This document shows, piece by piece, positions 46,728 through 59,600 of a stretch of 64,000 nucleotides of DNA. The stretch comes from Desulfobacteraceae bacterium (GTDB lineage: Bacteria; Desulfobacterota; Desulfobacteria; Desulfobacterales; Desulfolunaceae). Positions within the stretch are counted from its first letter, which is position 1. Every line of letters starts with the position of its first letter. Below the pieces are notes generated by a model. That model was not told where the DNA came from. It did not search any database and saw only the letters and a program-made list of their open reading frames with translations. The stretch lies in NCBI GenBank assembly GCA_041660385.1, contig JBAZWJ010000031.1:3137-67136 (forward strand), read 5' to 3'. The position numbers and the translations under genes were made by a program.

Positions 46728-47849
46728 TTATACCTGATATATTTTTGTTCTTTTATTAATAACATCAGAATACAATGTCAAATATTTATTCGCCATTGTC
46801 CGGCTTGAATAGGTCTTTACCATCTTGTTGTATGCTTTATCAGCCAGTTCTTTAGAATACAAGGGGTCGTTATTCAATAACAAAAAAGCTTCCGCCATAG
46901 CAGCCGGATCACAGGGATCAACAAGTAGACCCTCTTCAAGATGCTGGATAACTTCCGGGATACCCCCAACTGACGTGGCCACAACAGGGGTTCGTGCCTG
47001 CATAGCTTCAAGCAAGGTTATGGGCAAGCCCTCTGTCAGGGAAGATATAGCATAAACATCGAAATCGGGAATGTATTTTCTGGCATTTTCTCTATAACCC
47101 GTGAGCTCAACCTTGTCTTCCAATTTGTAATGTTTGATCAATTGCTCCAGCCGTCCTCTTTCGTGTCCCTCACCGATCAGGATAAGGCGTGAGTCCACGC
47201 CCTTTTTTAACAGCAAGTTAAACGATTCAATCAGATAGTTGTAGCCCTTTTCAGTTGAGAAACGGCCGATTGATCCGATAGTAAAGATTTCATTTTGTGT
47301 TTTTTCAGACTTTTCGGTTCTGTTGGAAATTGTGATCCCATTATTGATGATATGGAATTTTATTCGTTTTTGTTTATTGAGTTTTGGATGTTTCAGCATT
47401 CCTTTATTAACAAGTACAACGGAGTCAATAAATCTGTGGCTCATGGTGTCAAGCCATTCATAAAGTCGCATTTTGGTTAAACCGCTTGTGCTTGTGTATC
47501 CGTGAAGTGTCGCAATCATAGGGAGCCTGCGAATTACACGTGGAATAAAGCCAAGTAAAATATTGCCTTTGTATCCATGTGAATGAATCACATGAAAACC
47601 GTTGCTCTGTGCGTACTTTAAAAGATCAATGGCTCCAGAGATATTCGGGCCTGGCAGCATTCTGAATTTTATTAATGAAAGCCCCCTTTTCAATGCCTCG
47701 GTTTCAAATGGTTTCTCGGAAATATTTTTTTCTCCAATGCTCGCAATAACAGGCAGCAGCCCCCGAAAGACCTGTTCTTCAACAAGATTCAGCAGCATGA
47801 CTTCTGCACCGTAAAGGCCTCCGCTGTCTATGATGTGAACTCTTAGCAC
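46728..47849 (-). CDS. Glycosyltransferase family 4
   Basis: 'VHIIDSGGLYGAE', 'IGRFSTEKG', 'AISSLTEGLPITLLEAMQARTPVVATSVGGIPEV'. Confidence 0.8.
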   Translation of the reverse strand: MLRVHIIDSGGLYGAEVMLLNLVEEQVFRGLLPVIASIGEKNISEKPFETEALKRGLSLIKFRMLPGPNISGAIDLLKYAQSNGFHVIHSHGYKGNILLGFIPRVIRRLPMIATLHGYTSTSGLTKMRLYEWLDTMSHRFIDSVVLVNKGMLKHPKLNKQKRIKFHIINNGITISNRTEKSEKTQNEIFTIGSIGRFSTEKGYNYLIESFNLLLKKGVDSRLILIGEGHERGRLEQLIKHYKLEDKVELTGYRENARKYIPDFDVYAISSLTEGLPITLLEAMQARTPVVATSVGGIPEVIQHLEEGLLVDPCDPAAMAEAFLLLNNDPLYSKELADKAYNKMVKTYSSRTMANKYLTLYSDVINKRTKIYQV

Positions 47850-47892
47850 TCTGACACTTCAAATTATTTCACCAGCTGAACTTCTCAGCTTC

Positions 47893-49038
47893 TCATCCTT
47901 TTCTCGGTGTCCAGACAACCTGCTTCTGTCTCAAAACAAATTTCATAAAAGCGTGCGCAGAGGCGATGTTCAACAGGGCAAAATACCGGCACAGGTACAA
48001 TAATTTTGATTGATATCCTTTATTCTCAAGAACTGGGGACAGGAATGCACCAGTATAGGCTGATATCTGAATGATAAAGAAAACCTTATAAATAAAGCCA
48101 GGTACAGATAGCAGCAAAGCATTTGAGATAAAAGCTGTTATTAAAAATATAAAACAGAGATAACGAAGCACTTTATGGGACCACAACTGAAAGGAAAAGA
48201 GTCTGTTAGATGGGAAGACAAGAAGATGGCGCATATCACTCAATGCCCATAAAGCTCGTAATGAAACACGAACGCGCATCCTATATTCATCTGAGGCTTC
48301 TTTCAACGCCGGTTCTTTAAGAATGGCATCCGGTTCATATACCACACGAAATCCCTGCTCGACGACTTTAAGAGGCTGAACAAAATCCGGGAGCTGGTCA
48401 GGGTTCAACGTCCTGTACAAATCTTTACGAATTGCGTCAACTCCTCCATCCACACCCACAACAGATCCCATTGCTGTTTCAAATTTCCGCAGCATGTTTT
48501 CATACTTCATATACGTACTGCATCCATCACCTATTGTTGATCCGTCAGGGTTCGTGTAGATCATCTTTCCGGTGACGTAACCCACATGGGGATCTTTAAA
48601 GTTTCTGGTTAATTTTTTAACGACATCAGGATCATAAATTGAATTGGCATCAGAGAAAACGATGATTTCGCCCTTTGCCAGAGGCACGGCAAGATTCAGG
48701 GCCGATGTTTTACCGGCTCTTGGTTTCTGACGTATAAGCCGGACACCCTTTGACTCGAACTTCTTTACGATATCGTCTGTGCCATCGGTTGATTCATCGG
48801 ACACAATGATAATTTCAAGCCGGTCATGGGGGTAATCAAGTTCAAGCTTGTTCTGAATGGTTTTTTCAATTCCGCTTTCTTCATTGTAAGCCGCAGTAAT
48901 AATGGTGACGAATGGAGTAAAGGTTTCATCTTTATCAACATGTCTTTTTTTATTGAGAGACAGAACATAGATGGCTAATGGATATCCCACATAAACATAA
49001 AAAAGCAGAATCAATGACAAAAAGAATATTATTTGCAT
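47893..49038 (-). CDS. Glycosyltransferase family 2 with C-terminal TM segments
   Basis: 'VTIITAAYNEE', 'IIVSDESTDGTDDIV', 'KTSALN', 'VFSDANSIY', then 3-4 TM helices (synthase-like GT2 layout). Confidence 0.8.
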   Translation of the reverse strand: MQIIFFLSLILLFYVYVGYPLAIYVLSLNKKRHVDKDETFTPFVTIITAAYNEESGIEKTIQNKLELDYPHDRLEIIIVSDESTDGTDDIVKKFESKGVRLIRQKPRAGKTSALNLAVPLAKGEIIVFSDANSIYDPDVVKKLTRNFKDPHVGYVTGKMIYTNPDGSTIGDGCSTYMKYENMLRKFETAMGSVVGVDGGVDAIRKDLYRTLNPDQLPDFVQPLKVVEQGFRVVYEPDAILKEPALKEASDEYRMRVRVSLRALWALSDMRHLLVFPSNRLFSFQLWSHKVLRYLCFIFLITAFISNALLLSVPGFIYKVFFIIQISAYTGAFLSPVLENKGYQSKLLYLCRYFALLNIASAHAFMKFVLRQKQVVWTPRKG

Positions 49039-49120
49039 GGTGGATGTATTATTGGGTTATTGGGTTTGTAGGTTGTTTGAGTTTATTGCTTTTTTGAGTT
49101 CGTTGGCAGAACCCAGGCAA

Positions 49121-49765
49121 CTATTTAATAATGAATTCATGGAATACCGGATAAAAAGCTTCGATAAATTGAAACGTCTTATCGTTGTAATATTTAATGG
49201 GCTTGGATCCAATGGGAATTGTTATCCTGACAAAGGCATTATCTTCACCCTGTCCCCTAAGTTTTTTCCATAATAATGCGATTTTTTGAGAAAATGTATT
49301 GGCGTTTGTTTTGTCGTGTGCCTGAAACCAGTATGTGATCAGCTCTTTTTGCTGGCCAAGTTCTCCTGTCATCACGGAATATGAAACTCGCTGGCCTGAC
49401 GCCAGGACACGCTGGTTGGTCTGTGAATTTGATATTTTCCAGCCCTGGCCGGGGAAGCACACCATGGGATCATGGGCTGCACCTATTTTTTTTGCTGAAT
49501 AATAGTAGCCGACGTACAGCATGATAGTGTCCTCGCCATCAGAATAGCTCTGATTGATATAATCATCCAGGTCAAGCGCATCTATTATGGGCTGGTCCAA
49601 CTTTGAGACATTGTCCCTTTCCCATCCGTTGAATGAAGTCAGAGCCGACGCGAGTTTCGTCTGTTTGTGCTGAGTGTGGGAAACCGGCTTGAAAAGAACA
49701 AGGATACCGGCAAGGGCCATGCATACGATCAATAATACTATTCTTTTACTGCTGAGTTGTCCCAA
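49121..49765 (-). CDS. EpsI-family exosortase-associated protein
   Basis: N-terminal TM anchor, 'FNGWERDN...LDLDDYINQSY......MLYVGYYYS....GAAHDPMVCFPGQGW', the EpsI pattern. Overlaps the exosortase gene by 28 nt. Confidence 0.7.
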   Translation of the reverse strand: MGQLSSKRIVLLIVCMALAGILVLFKPVSHTQHKQTKLASALTSFNGWERDNVSKLDQPIIDALDLDDYINQSYSDGEDTIMLYVGYYYSAKKIGAAHDPMVCFPGQGWKISNSQTNQRVLASGQRVSYSVMTGELGQQKELITYWFQAHDKTNANTFSQKIALLWKKLRGQGEDNAFVRITIPIGSKPIKYYNDKTFQFIEAFYPVFHEFIIK

Positions 49766-50583
49766 TGTGATAATACCTTTTTTATAATTGCGATAAGGAG
49801 CAATGCCAGACCAAAAACAACCAGGCCGAAAATGCTGTGGATTTTATCTTCAGTAAGATCAAAATCCATATAATGAAATGCCAGGATCATCAACAGAACC
49901 CTGAAAATATTAACAAAAACCGCCACAGGAAAACCTGATAAAAAAAGAATGGTTCTCAATATATTTGATGAAAGGGTCAGGTATCCAAAAACAGCGGACA
50001 GTGTCAGGAGCGATACCAGAGAACGGAGACCGCTGCACGCCTGGACAACCTGAAGTGTTCGATGGGGAAGGTGGATGACATTCCCTTCTCTTAAAAGCGG
50101 GATATCAAAAAGACCGGAAATAAACACACTGGCTTGAGTTACAAATAACTGGAGAGGAATGGTCAGAGCGGAATAAATTTGTGACGGAATCGGTACGATG
50201 AAGAAAAGAAAACAAAGGGGAAAAATCAGTTCTTTGACAAAACCATAGCCCAGAATATAAATCACGGTGCTGAAAAGAAACAAAACCATGGACACAGGGG
50301 CCAGGGTCTGTATGTCAGCATATTTCGCAAGCAGATAAAGGATAAGGGACATAATAACAAAAAGCAGCCCGCTTTTTTCCGGCTTCACAGGTATTTTGGC
50401 AATATGATCTTTTTTCTGCCACATAATGTAAAGACTGATGGGAAAAATAAACAATCCGTAGGAATGATCATCTGAATTCATCCAGAGCTGAATGAGACTT
50501 TTCAGTACAGGAAAAAATAAAATAATGAATCCCGCAGTAAAAATACCAAGCAGTATTTTATTATCACTTATAATTTTATTCAC
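49738..50583 (-). CDS. Exosortase (EpsH/Xrt family)
   Basis: 8-TM protein; 'WMNSDDHSYGLFIFPISLY', conserved Cys motif 'VQACSGLRSL', downstream Arg/His-containing helices. GTG start at 50583. A PEP-CTERM substrate is encoded at 18442. Confidence 0.85.
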   Translation of the reverse strand: MNKIISDNKILLGIFTAGFIILFFPVLKSLIQLWMNSDDHSYGLFIFPISLYIMWQKKDHIAKIPVKPEKSGLLFVIMSLILYLLAKYADIQTLAPVSMVLFLFSTVIYILGYGFVKELIFPLCFLFFIVPIPSQIYSALTIPLQLFVTQASVFISGLFDIPLLREGNVIHLPHRTLQVVQACSGLRSLVSLLTLSAVFGYLTLSSNILRTILFLSGFPVAVFVNIFRVLLMILAFHYMDFDLTEDKIHSIFGLVVFGLALLLIAIIKKVLSHWDNSAVKE

Positions 50584-50670
50584 AGATCTTTAATTGCCTT
50601 TAAGTTATTGAAAATCTTACTTTTCAATTATGGTTTGTATTGAATACTTTTTAGAATCAGCTTTCTTCAA

Positions 50671-53600
50671 TTACTTATAATATTTTTGCATATATTCATA
50701 GAATTTTTCCACGAGAAGCGGTTCCTCCATAAACTCCATATGTTTGGCTGGGATATCAATCACGTCAATATTACCAACAATATAGTTGTTCCACCCTTTA
50801 TCCATATCAATTTTCAAACCATGATGTGCTTGTGGCTCAGCAAATAGAACCATATCTCCGTCATATCGTCTTGGAGTATAAGCCAGTACAGGCTTCCAGT
50901 GTTTCTGTTCAACATACCAGTATCTCAATTTGTGTGGGATCGGTCTCTGTATGGAATGATAAAAATTACAGAGACAGAACTTCAGCTGAATAACTATTTT
51001 CCTTTGAATGCTTTCAAGTATCTTCTTGAATTGCTCCTTGAAAGTGGTGCCATGTCGCTTGCTGAAAATCAAAGCATTAAATTTATTAACCATTTTGGTC
51101 ACTATCGTATCATTTGAAAATGACGGGTTGTTCTTAAAATAAATTGGGGCAAAGGTATCAAACATGGCCAGAAGTGCAATATCCTGGCCTTCATGTTTCA
51201 ACTGCTGGGCAACCTCATAGGCAATGAACCCGCCCATGGACCCTCCAGCCAGATAATAAGGCCCTGATGGCTGAATCATTTTCATTTCCGCAATATAGTG
51301 ACCTGCCATTTCCTCTATGGATGAATAGGGTTCAGACAGGCCATCAAGGCCTCGTGCCTGTAGTCCATATACCGGTTGATCAGCGTCAAGTCCTGATGCA
51401 AGAGGATAATAATTAAGGACATTACCTCCAATAGCGTGCATGCAGAATATGGGCGTTTTACTTCCGTTTGGCTTAATGGCCACAAGATGGGACCAGCCTG
51501 ATTTCTCGTCCTTTTCGTTTTCTGATGATGCAAATAAAAAGCGATTCAGAAATTTATTGCCATTCTTTTTATCTTTAATTCTGCCGCCTGATGCTTCAAT
51601 GGTCTTCGAAAGTTCGCGGACTGTCGGTGATTTAAAAATCTCCGCCAGAGGCAGATTAATCCCTGTGAGATTATAAATTTCGGAGAATATGCGAACAGAC
51701 AGTATTGAATGGCCTCCGACTTCAAAAAAGTTGTCATTGACCCCGATGTATTCAAGGCCGATGATATCCAGCCAGATTTTTAAAATCCTCGTTTCGAGTT
51801 CGGTGATCTGCGTATTCTGCTGGACTTCGGTAATAAGCGTTGACACGGGCTTCGGAAGACGATTCCTGTCGATCTTTCCGTTAGATGTCATCGGCATGGA
51901 ATCAAGGTTTACAAAATGTTGAGGAATCATGTATTCAGGCAGTCTATCTTTCAAGTACAGCCGCAAGTCGCTGTCTTTTTCTTGAACACCCGTACGTGAA
52001 ATAATATAGGCAACAAGCCTTTTATCATCAGGGACATCCTCTCTGACCAGTGTTACGCATTGTTTGATTCCCTTGTGTTCAGCCAGAGCCGCTTCAATTT
52101 CACCCAGTTCTATTCTGAACCCGCGCAGCTTGACCTGATGATCCATACGCCCGAGATAGCAGATAGTCCCATCGGGAAAATATTTTGCAAGATCACCTGT
52201 CCTGTATAACCTGGATGCTGGATCATCGCTCATGAAATCAGATACGAATTTTTCCGATGTCAGTTCCGCACGGTTGAGATACCCTCTGGCAAGTCCGTGG
52301 CCTCCAATATAAAGCTCACCTGGAACGCCAATAGGCACTGGATTTTGGAACGGATCAACAAGAAATATGCGGGTATTTGAAATCGGCTTCCCGATTGTGG
52401 CCATCTCGTTTTTCTGTCTTAAAGCACAGGTCGAATACGTTGTGTCTTCCGATGGCCCATAAAGATCGAAAACACGTTGAACTGTTTTTATATTGTACAA
52501 CCTGTCAACGATTTCCTGTTTAAGGGGTTCGCCTGCCAGGTTGATGGTCGTGACATTCGCGGGGATAGCTTTGAGCTGAAGCAGTTCAACAATTGCTGAA
52601 GGAACCGTATTGATGAGCCTGACCTCTGATACGTCAGGCAGGTTTTTCAATCCCATGGCATTATCCGCCAGAACAATCTTGCCTCCCGAACACAAGGGCA
52701 AGAAAATCTCAAAAACAGATAAATCAAAGCAGATGGAGGTGGAAGCAAGCATCCCACCAATTTCATCTCCGGTGAACACTGTCCTTGCCCAGGCGATAAG
52801 TGCGATCGCACTGCGATGTTCAATTGCAACGCCTTTGGGAACGCCAGTTGAACCTGAAGTGTAGATTATATAAGCAAGATTTTTCTGGGTTGCTCCTGAA
52901 GAAGGAGACTCCATGCATGCCTTTGAGTGTTTTTCTCCAAGGGCCTCCAGCGTTATCAATCTTGCGGTTGAATCGGAAAACAGCGTTTCAAATTTCTTCT
53001 GGGTGATGATTACACGACTGCACGAATCGGACATCATGAATTTGAGGCGTTCAACGGGATAACCCGGGTCAAGAGGCACATACGCACCGCCCGCTTTAAG
53101 CACAGCCAGCATTCCAACAATCATGTCCATGGATCTTTCAACACAGATCCCCACCAGAACATCCGGCTCCACACCCATCTGGATCAACTCAATGGCAAGC
53201 TGATTTGAGCGCTGTTTCAGTTCGTTGAAACTCATCCTGTCATGGTTATGAACAATCGCAACGGCATCAGGTGTTTTTTCAGCCTGCATGTCAAACATAT
53301 CATGAATACAGACATCGCCAGGATAATCCAGATGATTTTCATTCCAGTCGATGAGCATCAGCCTTTTTTCCGGTTCTGTCAGCAAGCCGATTTTCTGAAT
53401 AGGCAATGTCGGGTTTTCAACCATACTTTGGAGTAATGTCTGAAAATGGTCGACCATGCGCTGAATGGTTTCATCTTTGAATATTTCATCACTGTATTCA
53501 AAGACGCCTCGCAGTTCATCACGTTCCTCCCACATGTACAGCGATAGCTCAAATTCCGTTGCCCCTCTATCCATGACAACAGGGAAAAAATTCAATTCCG

Positions 53601-56600
53601 CAGAGTCATCTGAGGGTAAAGGAAAATTCTGGAATGCAAACATGACCTGGAAGATCGGATGGTGATTGAGAGAACGATCCGGCTGTAGAATTTCAACAAG
53701 TTTCTCGAAAGGAAGATCTTTATTGGACAAGGCGTCCAGAATCAGTTGATGAACCTGTTTGACCAAATCCTTGAAACCCGTTGTTTCGGACAGTTCAAGG
53801 CGAATCGGCAGCATGTTGATAAAAAAACCTATCAAACCTTCAATTTCAACCCTGTCGCGATTCGCGTAGGGTGTGCCCACGACCACACCATTCTGGTTTG
53901 AATATTTGCATAGAAGTGAAAAATAGGCTGAAAGCAGGACGGTGTAAACCGTTGTGTGTTCCTGTTTTGCCATATTCTGAATACTTCGAGTCAATTCAGC
54001 TGAAAGACATATCGCCTGATGCCTGCCCGTATATCGGGGCGACATGGGCCGAGGATAATCCGCTGGCAACTGGATAACAGGAAGTTCTCCTTTTAACCGT
54101 TCTTTCCAGTATTTTTTTTGTTCATTCAGATCGTTATTTATAAGCCATTTTTTCTGCCAAATGGCATAATCCGCATACTGGATTGGGAGTTTTTCCAATG
54201 GAGATGGTCGGCCTTCTTTAAAAGCGTGATAAAGAACCGATAACTCTTTCATCCATACACCCATGGACCATCCGTCGGCGATAATATGATGCAGGATGAT
54301 TGCAAAAATATGCTCTGTTTTTCCAGTTTGAAGGATGCAGACTCTAAGCAGCGGGCCGTTCTCCAAATCAAAAAGAACAGGGGCTTTTCTGGCGATCAAC
54401 CGGCGGGCATATTCTTCGCCTTGCTCCCCATCTTTATCTGTGCAGACTATCTTTTCGATTTTTATCGATTGCAGCGAAACACGCTCTATCGCCGGGCGAC
54501 CATCCCTTTTTATAAATACGGTTCTCAACACATCGTGACGGGCCAGGATATGATCAAAAGCTTTCTGAAGTATTTCCTCATTCAGATCTCCTGAAAGTTT
54601 CACGGCTTGAACGATATTGTAAGCGGGGCTATGGGATTCCAGCTGATTAATGAACCATAAACGCTGCTGGGCCAGCGAAAGTTGCAAACCTTCATTTTCA
54701 GACTCAGGCACAATGGTCTCAATTTTTTTACGTTCAGCACCGGAACTCTGCTCCCTGCTCAGGTAATCGGCAAGGCCTTGAATCGTAGGGAGTTCAAATA
54801 TTTTGCGAATGGACAGATCAGATCCTGACTGTTCACGGATGCGAGATATGATCTGGGCAGCGATAAGCGAGTCACCACCCAATTCGAAAAAGCTGTCCTG
54901 AACACCTATCTGATCGATCCCCAGGACGTCCTGCCAGATGCGAACAAGCATATGTTCCATTTCACAGGAAGGCCGGTCATAATCACTTGAAACACTTGAA
55001 GGTCGGGAATACAAGGACGACGCTTCGATATGAACCACTTCGGGTCTTTCATGGCCTTCGTTTGTCACACTGGAAGAAATCTGATAGCCCTTCTGGGCTG
55101 TGGGTTCAATCCAGAAACGCTGTCTTTGAAAAGGATAACCTGGCAAGGGAACCCGCCCGCACCCCTTCCCTTTGTTAAATGCACTCCAGTCAATATGAAC
55201 ACCTGTAATCCATAACTGTGAAAGTGTCTTATAAAGAAAGGCCCCATCATGACCCTGACTTTGCGGGTGCTTAACTGAAGAATAAATCATAACGGATTTT
55301 TCTTTATCAACGATGTTCTGCCTTGAAAGCGTTGTCAACGTCTGACCGGGACCGACTTCGAGAAGAACACAGGGCTCTTCGATAAGGGTCTGGATACCTT
55401 TTGAAAAACGTACGGTTTGACGAAGGTGACGCGCCCAGTATTCCGGGTTAGTGGCATCACGCTCTGTAATCCATGTTCCCGTTACATTGGAAATGAAAGG
55501 AATTTGAGGATTATTCAACGGCACTGTCTTTAAATATTCTCTCAACGGATCAATGGCACCTTCCATCATCTGGGAATGGAAGGCGTGGGAGGTATGAAGA
55601 ACCGTGCATTGTACTTTCTTGCTGTTCAATGTCTCATGAAGCCTGGCAATGTCATCTGAAGGGCCTGAGACCACACATCGGCCCGGAGAATTGATAACGG
55701 CCAGGGAAACGGGGTTGTCCACAAAAGGCAGAATGTCCTTTTCAGAAAGGGCAACAGCGAGCATGTCACCATGCGGCTGCTGCTGCATAAGCCTGCCCCT
55801 TTCTGCAACAAGTTTTAAAGCATCTTCAAGGGTAAAAACACCGGATAAACAGGCTGCCACATATTCACCCAGGCTGTGACCAATCATCGCATGGGGATAA
55901 ATTCCCCATTCCATAAACAACCGTGCAAGGGAGTACTCCAGTGCAAACAACGCGGGCTGAGCGATTTCCGTTTCATTCAGTCTGTTTTGAGAATATGTGC
56001 CATCATTATCTTCAGGATAAATCAATGCCGTAAGATCACAGCCGATAACCGGTGCAAGTATCTCAGAACAGGCCATCATATGCTGTTTGAAAATCGGCTC
56101 CGTTTCAAAAAGATCCCTGGCCATGTTGACATACTGTGCCCCCTGCCCCGTAAACATAAAGGCAGCCTTTCTGTTGTCGGCTAAACATGATCCAGAAATG
56201 AATTTTCCCGGATCAGTTGAAGAAAAGGCGTTTACAGCATCGGCCACGTTTTTGCACACACATGCTGATCTGTGCCGAAATGCTTTTCTTCCTATCTGAA
56301 GAGTGTAAGCCACATCACCGGCATTCTGAGCAGGGTTTTCTGAAAGGTAGCTGCACAAACGAGAGCGCCTTTGCTCAAGTGCTTGCGCCGATTGAGCTGA
56401 AAGCGTGAAAAGATACCATGGCTGACCTTGTCTATTTTTAAGCTCTTCTCTGGGAACCTCTTCAAGAATGACATGAGCATTGGTTCCCCCCACACCAAAG
56501 GAGCTGACACCGGCCCTTCTCGGCGACATGGAATCATCCCATGAACGCAAGGCTTTATTTACATAAAAAGGGCTTCCCTCCATATTCAACTCAGGATTGA

Positions 56601-59600
56601 CAGTTGTCACATTCAGGGTGGGGGGCAGGACGCCATGCTTGACCATGAGACTCGTTTTGATAAGACCAGCCACACCAGCCGCCACATCCAGATGCCCGAT
56701 GTTGGACTTTAAAGAACCAATGGCGCAAAAAGACTTTTTATCTGTTTTACTTCTGAAAGCCTGGGTGAGAGCTTTAACTTCAATCGGGTCACCCAGTGGT
56801 GTTCCTGTCCCGTGGGCCTCGACATAACCTATGGTTGCAGGATCAACGCGGGACATGTTCTGGGCCATGGCAATAACTTCAGTCTGCCCCTGGACACTGG
56901 GCGCTGTATATCCCACTTTCACATTGCCGTCATTGTTCAATGCTGCCCCTTTTATGACAGCATAAATATGATCGTGGTCTTCTATGGCATCTTCCAGGCG
57001 TTTTAAAAGAACAACACCTGCACCCTCCCCTAAAAGCGTTCCTGATGCTTTACTGTCAAAGGGTCTGCAATACCCATCATCAGAGAAAATTTCTCCTTCA
57101 TGGTGGAGATAGCCTCTTAACCGGGGGGCCTGAAGAGATACTCCCCCGCCTATGGCCATATCGCATTGATATGTCAAAAGGCTCTGATATGCAAGCTGGA
57201 CTGCGACAAGTGAAGTCGAGCATGCGGTTTGAACCGAAAGACTCGGGCCTTTAAGGCCGAGCTTGTAGGAAACCCTCGTTGAAAGAAAGTCTTTATCATT
57301 ACCGATGAATGTCTGAAAATTGAGAACAGACTCCATCAATTCTGGGCGTTCAAGCAGATTTTTAATAAGGTAGTTGTTCATGCCGCATCCAGCAAAAACT
57401 CCCACTGTGCCTGTATAATGATCTGGAACATAACCCGCATCTTCAAAAGCATCCCAGGCGCATTCAAGAAATATTCTCTGCTGGGGATCAATCTTTTCAG
57501 CTTCCCGAGGTGTATACCCAAAAAAACCTGCGTCGAAACAATCTGAATTATTTAATACAGGGCTTCTTTTAACATATTTCGGATTTTTTATTAAATATTC
57601 CGGGACACCTGATTTCAGAAGTTCTTCGTCGGAAAAATCAGTGATAGACTCAATGCCGTTTACAATATTACGCCAGAAAAGGGATATATCATCGGCTCCT
57701 GGAAATCGACCGGCCATTCCAATAATGGCCACATCTGCTGATCTGTTTCCTGGCTGTGCCCATGTATCTCTTACCATACAGGGAATTTTACTCGTAAGAT
57801 CATGAGGTTCAGAAAGACCAGTGTGTTTAGCCTGAATGATATAATTCGACATCATTTGTATGGTGGGATTCTCGAACATATCGACAATCGATATCTTCAT
57901 TCCATACATTTTTGACAGGCGAATCACAATGCCCGGCATAAGAATCGAACGTCCGCCAATATCAAAAAAGTTATCATTCATGCCGATATCATCAAAACAT
58001 AGAACCTCAGCCCAGACAGAAGCCACATTTTTTTCAGTCTGGGAAACAGGAAAGACAACTGACTGATCTGATCGCAACTGTACGGATGCCTGTTTCTTCA
58101 TTCTCTGATCCACGGCGGCCATAATGCTTTTCAGACTTGAAAACGTGTCGGCGATTTCCTGCATGACAAGGGCGTTTGCCAAAGAAACACCCGTGTCTTT
58201 ATCAGTTGTTTTTCGGACTTCCCCGTCTTCGGATGTTTTTTCTGTTGCTGAAGAAGGACTAAAAGAGGCTTCTGAGGCGATTTGAGAGGGTAAAAGAAAA
58301 AACAGCCCTTCGCCTTCCTGTTGTTTGTATTCCTCGCCAAGGGATAAAAGGAAATTTAATGCTGGCTGATTTTTATTTGTGGGCGAATAATTTAAGCGGA
58401 CAGATTTCAAACCTCGATCTATGGCGTTTCTTCCAAGACGATTAAGCAATGCATGTTCAACACCCTTTCCAAGTGCACGGCAGCTCAAAAGAAAGGTATC
58501 AACACTTATCTGATCTTTTTGCTTTTCGTAAATAACCAGGCCGACCAAGCCATAATCACCAAATTTATCCGATACTTCAGCGACCAGACAGACATGATTT
58601 TCAGACAGCTTGAGCCTTGAAATTTCAGATTCATTTCTTCTTATCGTTGTGAGATTGAACTGGTTTGTTCTCAGAGTCAACTGGGAGACTCTCTGAATCT
58701 GAGCATCTTTTATCTCAGATATTGAAACATTCAAATCAAGATTTTTCAGAAATTCATCAAATGTCGTTGAAGATTTCAGCAAGCTGCTTCTTTCTTTCTC
58801 CTTGCGGTAAAGATCAACTCTCTCACGATCTTCTTTTGTCAGTTTAAGATGGTCAAAGGCCCAGATATGTTTCGTAAAATCTTTTATCTTTTCAGGATCA
58901 GACGGAAGCTGAAGCGTGAGGACTTCCGGGCAGTTCGCTCGAACTTCCGCACATTCCACAGGATTGTCATCGATAAAGATAAAGCTGTCCAGCCCAATAT
59001 TGATCTCCTCTGCAAGTTCCGCAATATTCTGTGATTTCGGAGACCAGTTAATCTTACTGTATGAGATATGATTTCTTCGAAGAATCATTTCGGGATTTTT
59101 ATCGAGAACATCCAGCACATCTTCTTCTGAATTTTTACTACACAGGCAAATCAGCGTTCCTGCTTCATGCTGGGATACCATAAGTTCCTGAAGCATTTTT
59201 CTGGCTGGATCAACCGTGACACGTAGGGGACCATCTTCGCCGACCACGCCTTTCCAGAGGGTCTGGTCGCAATCGAGAACAATCGCTTTATAAGGTTTTC
59301 CGAGAATGGAAAAAGATTTTCTTGCAATGATGTATGAAAGAGCTGCAAAGAATTCATCGGTATAAGGGATATGACCGGCATCCAGACCAAGGGGTTCGTC
59401 GTACTGTTCAACACCCATTGGGCCCAGGATTTCACGGCTGCTGACAGGGTAGATATTCCCAATGCTGTTCAGAGAAAGAGCCAAGTCATTCTCAATTCGA
59501 TTCAACAAGGGATTTTCTGCCAGAGCAGGAGAAATCGGGCAGAAACAAATCAGAACCGGAACACTGGACTCTGCAACAAAAGCCTGAACTGCCCCTAAGA

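Noticed and set aside
50584-50670. Terminator or sigma-54/sigma-70 promoter between the synthetase and the exosortase
   Set aside because: I found no stable hairpin with a T-run and no -24/-12 match in this AT-rich 87-nt gap. Absence by eye is weak evidence, so co-transcription remains an inference.
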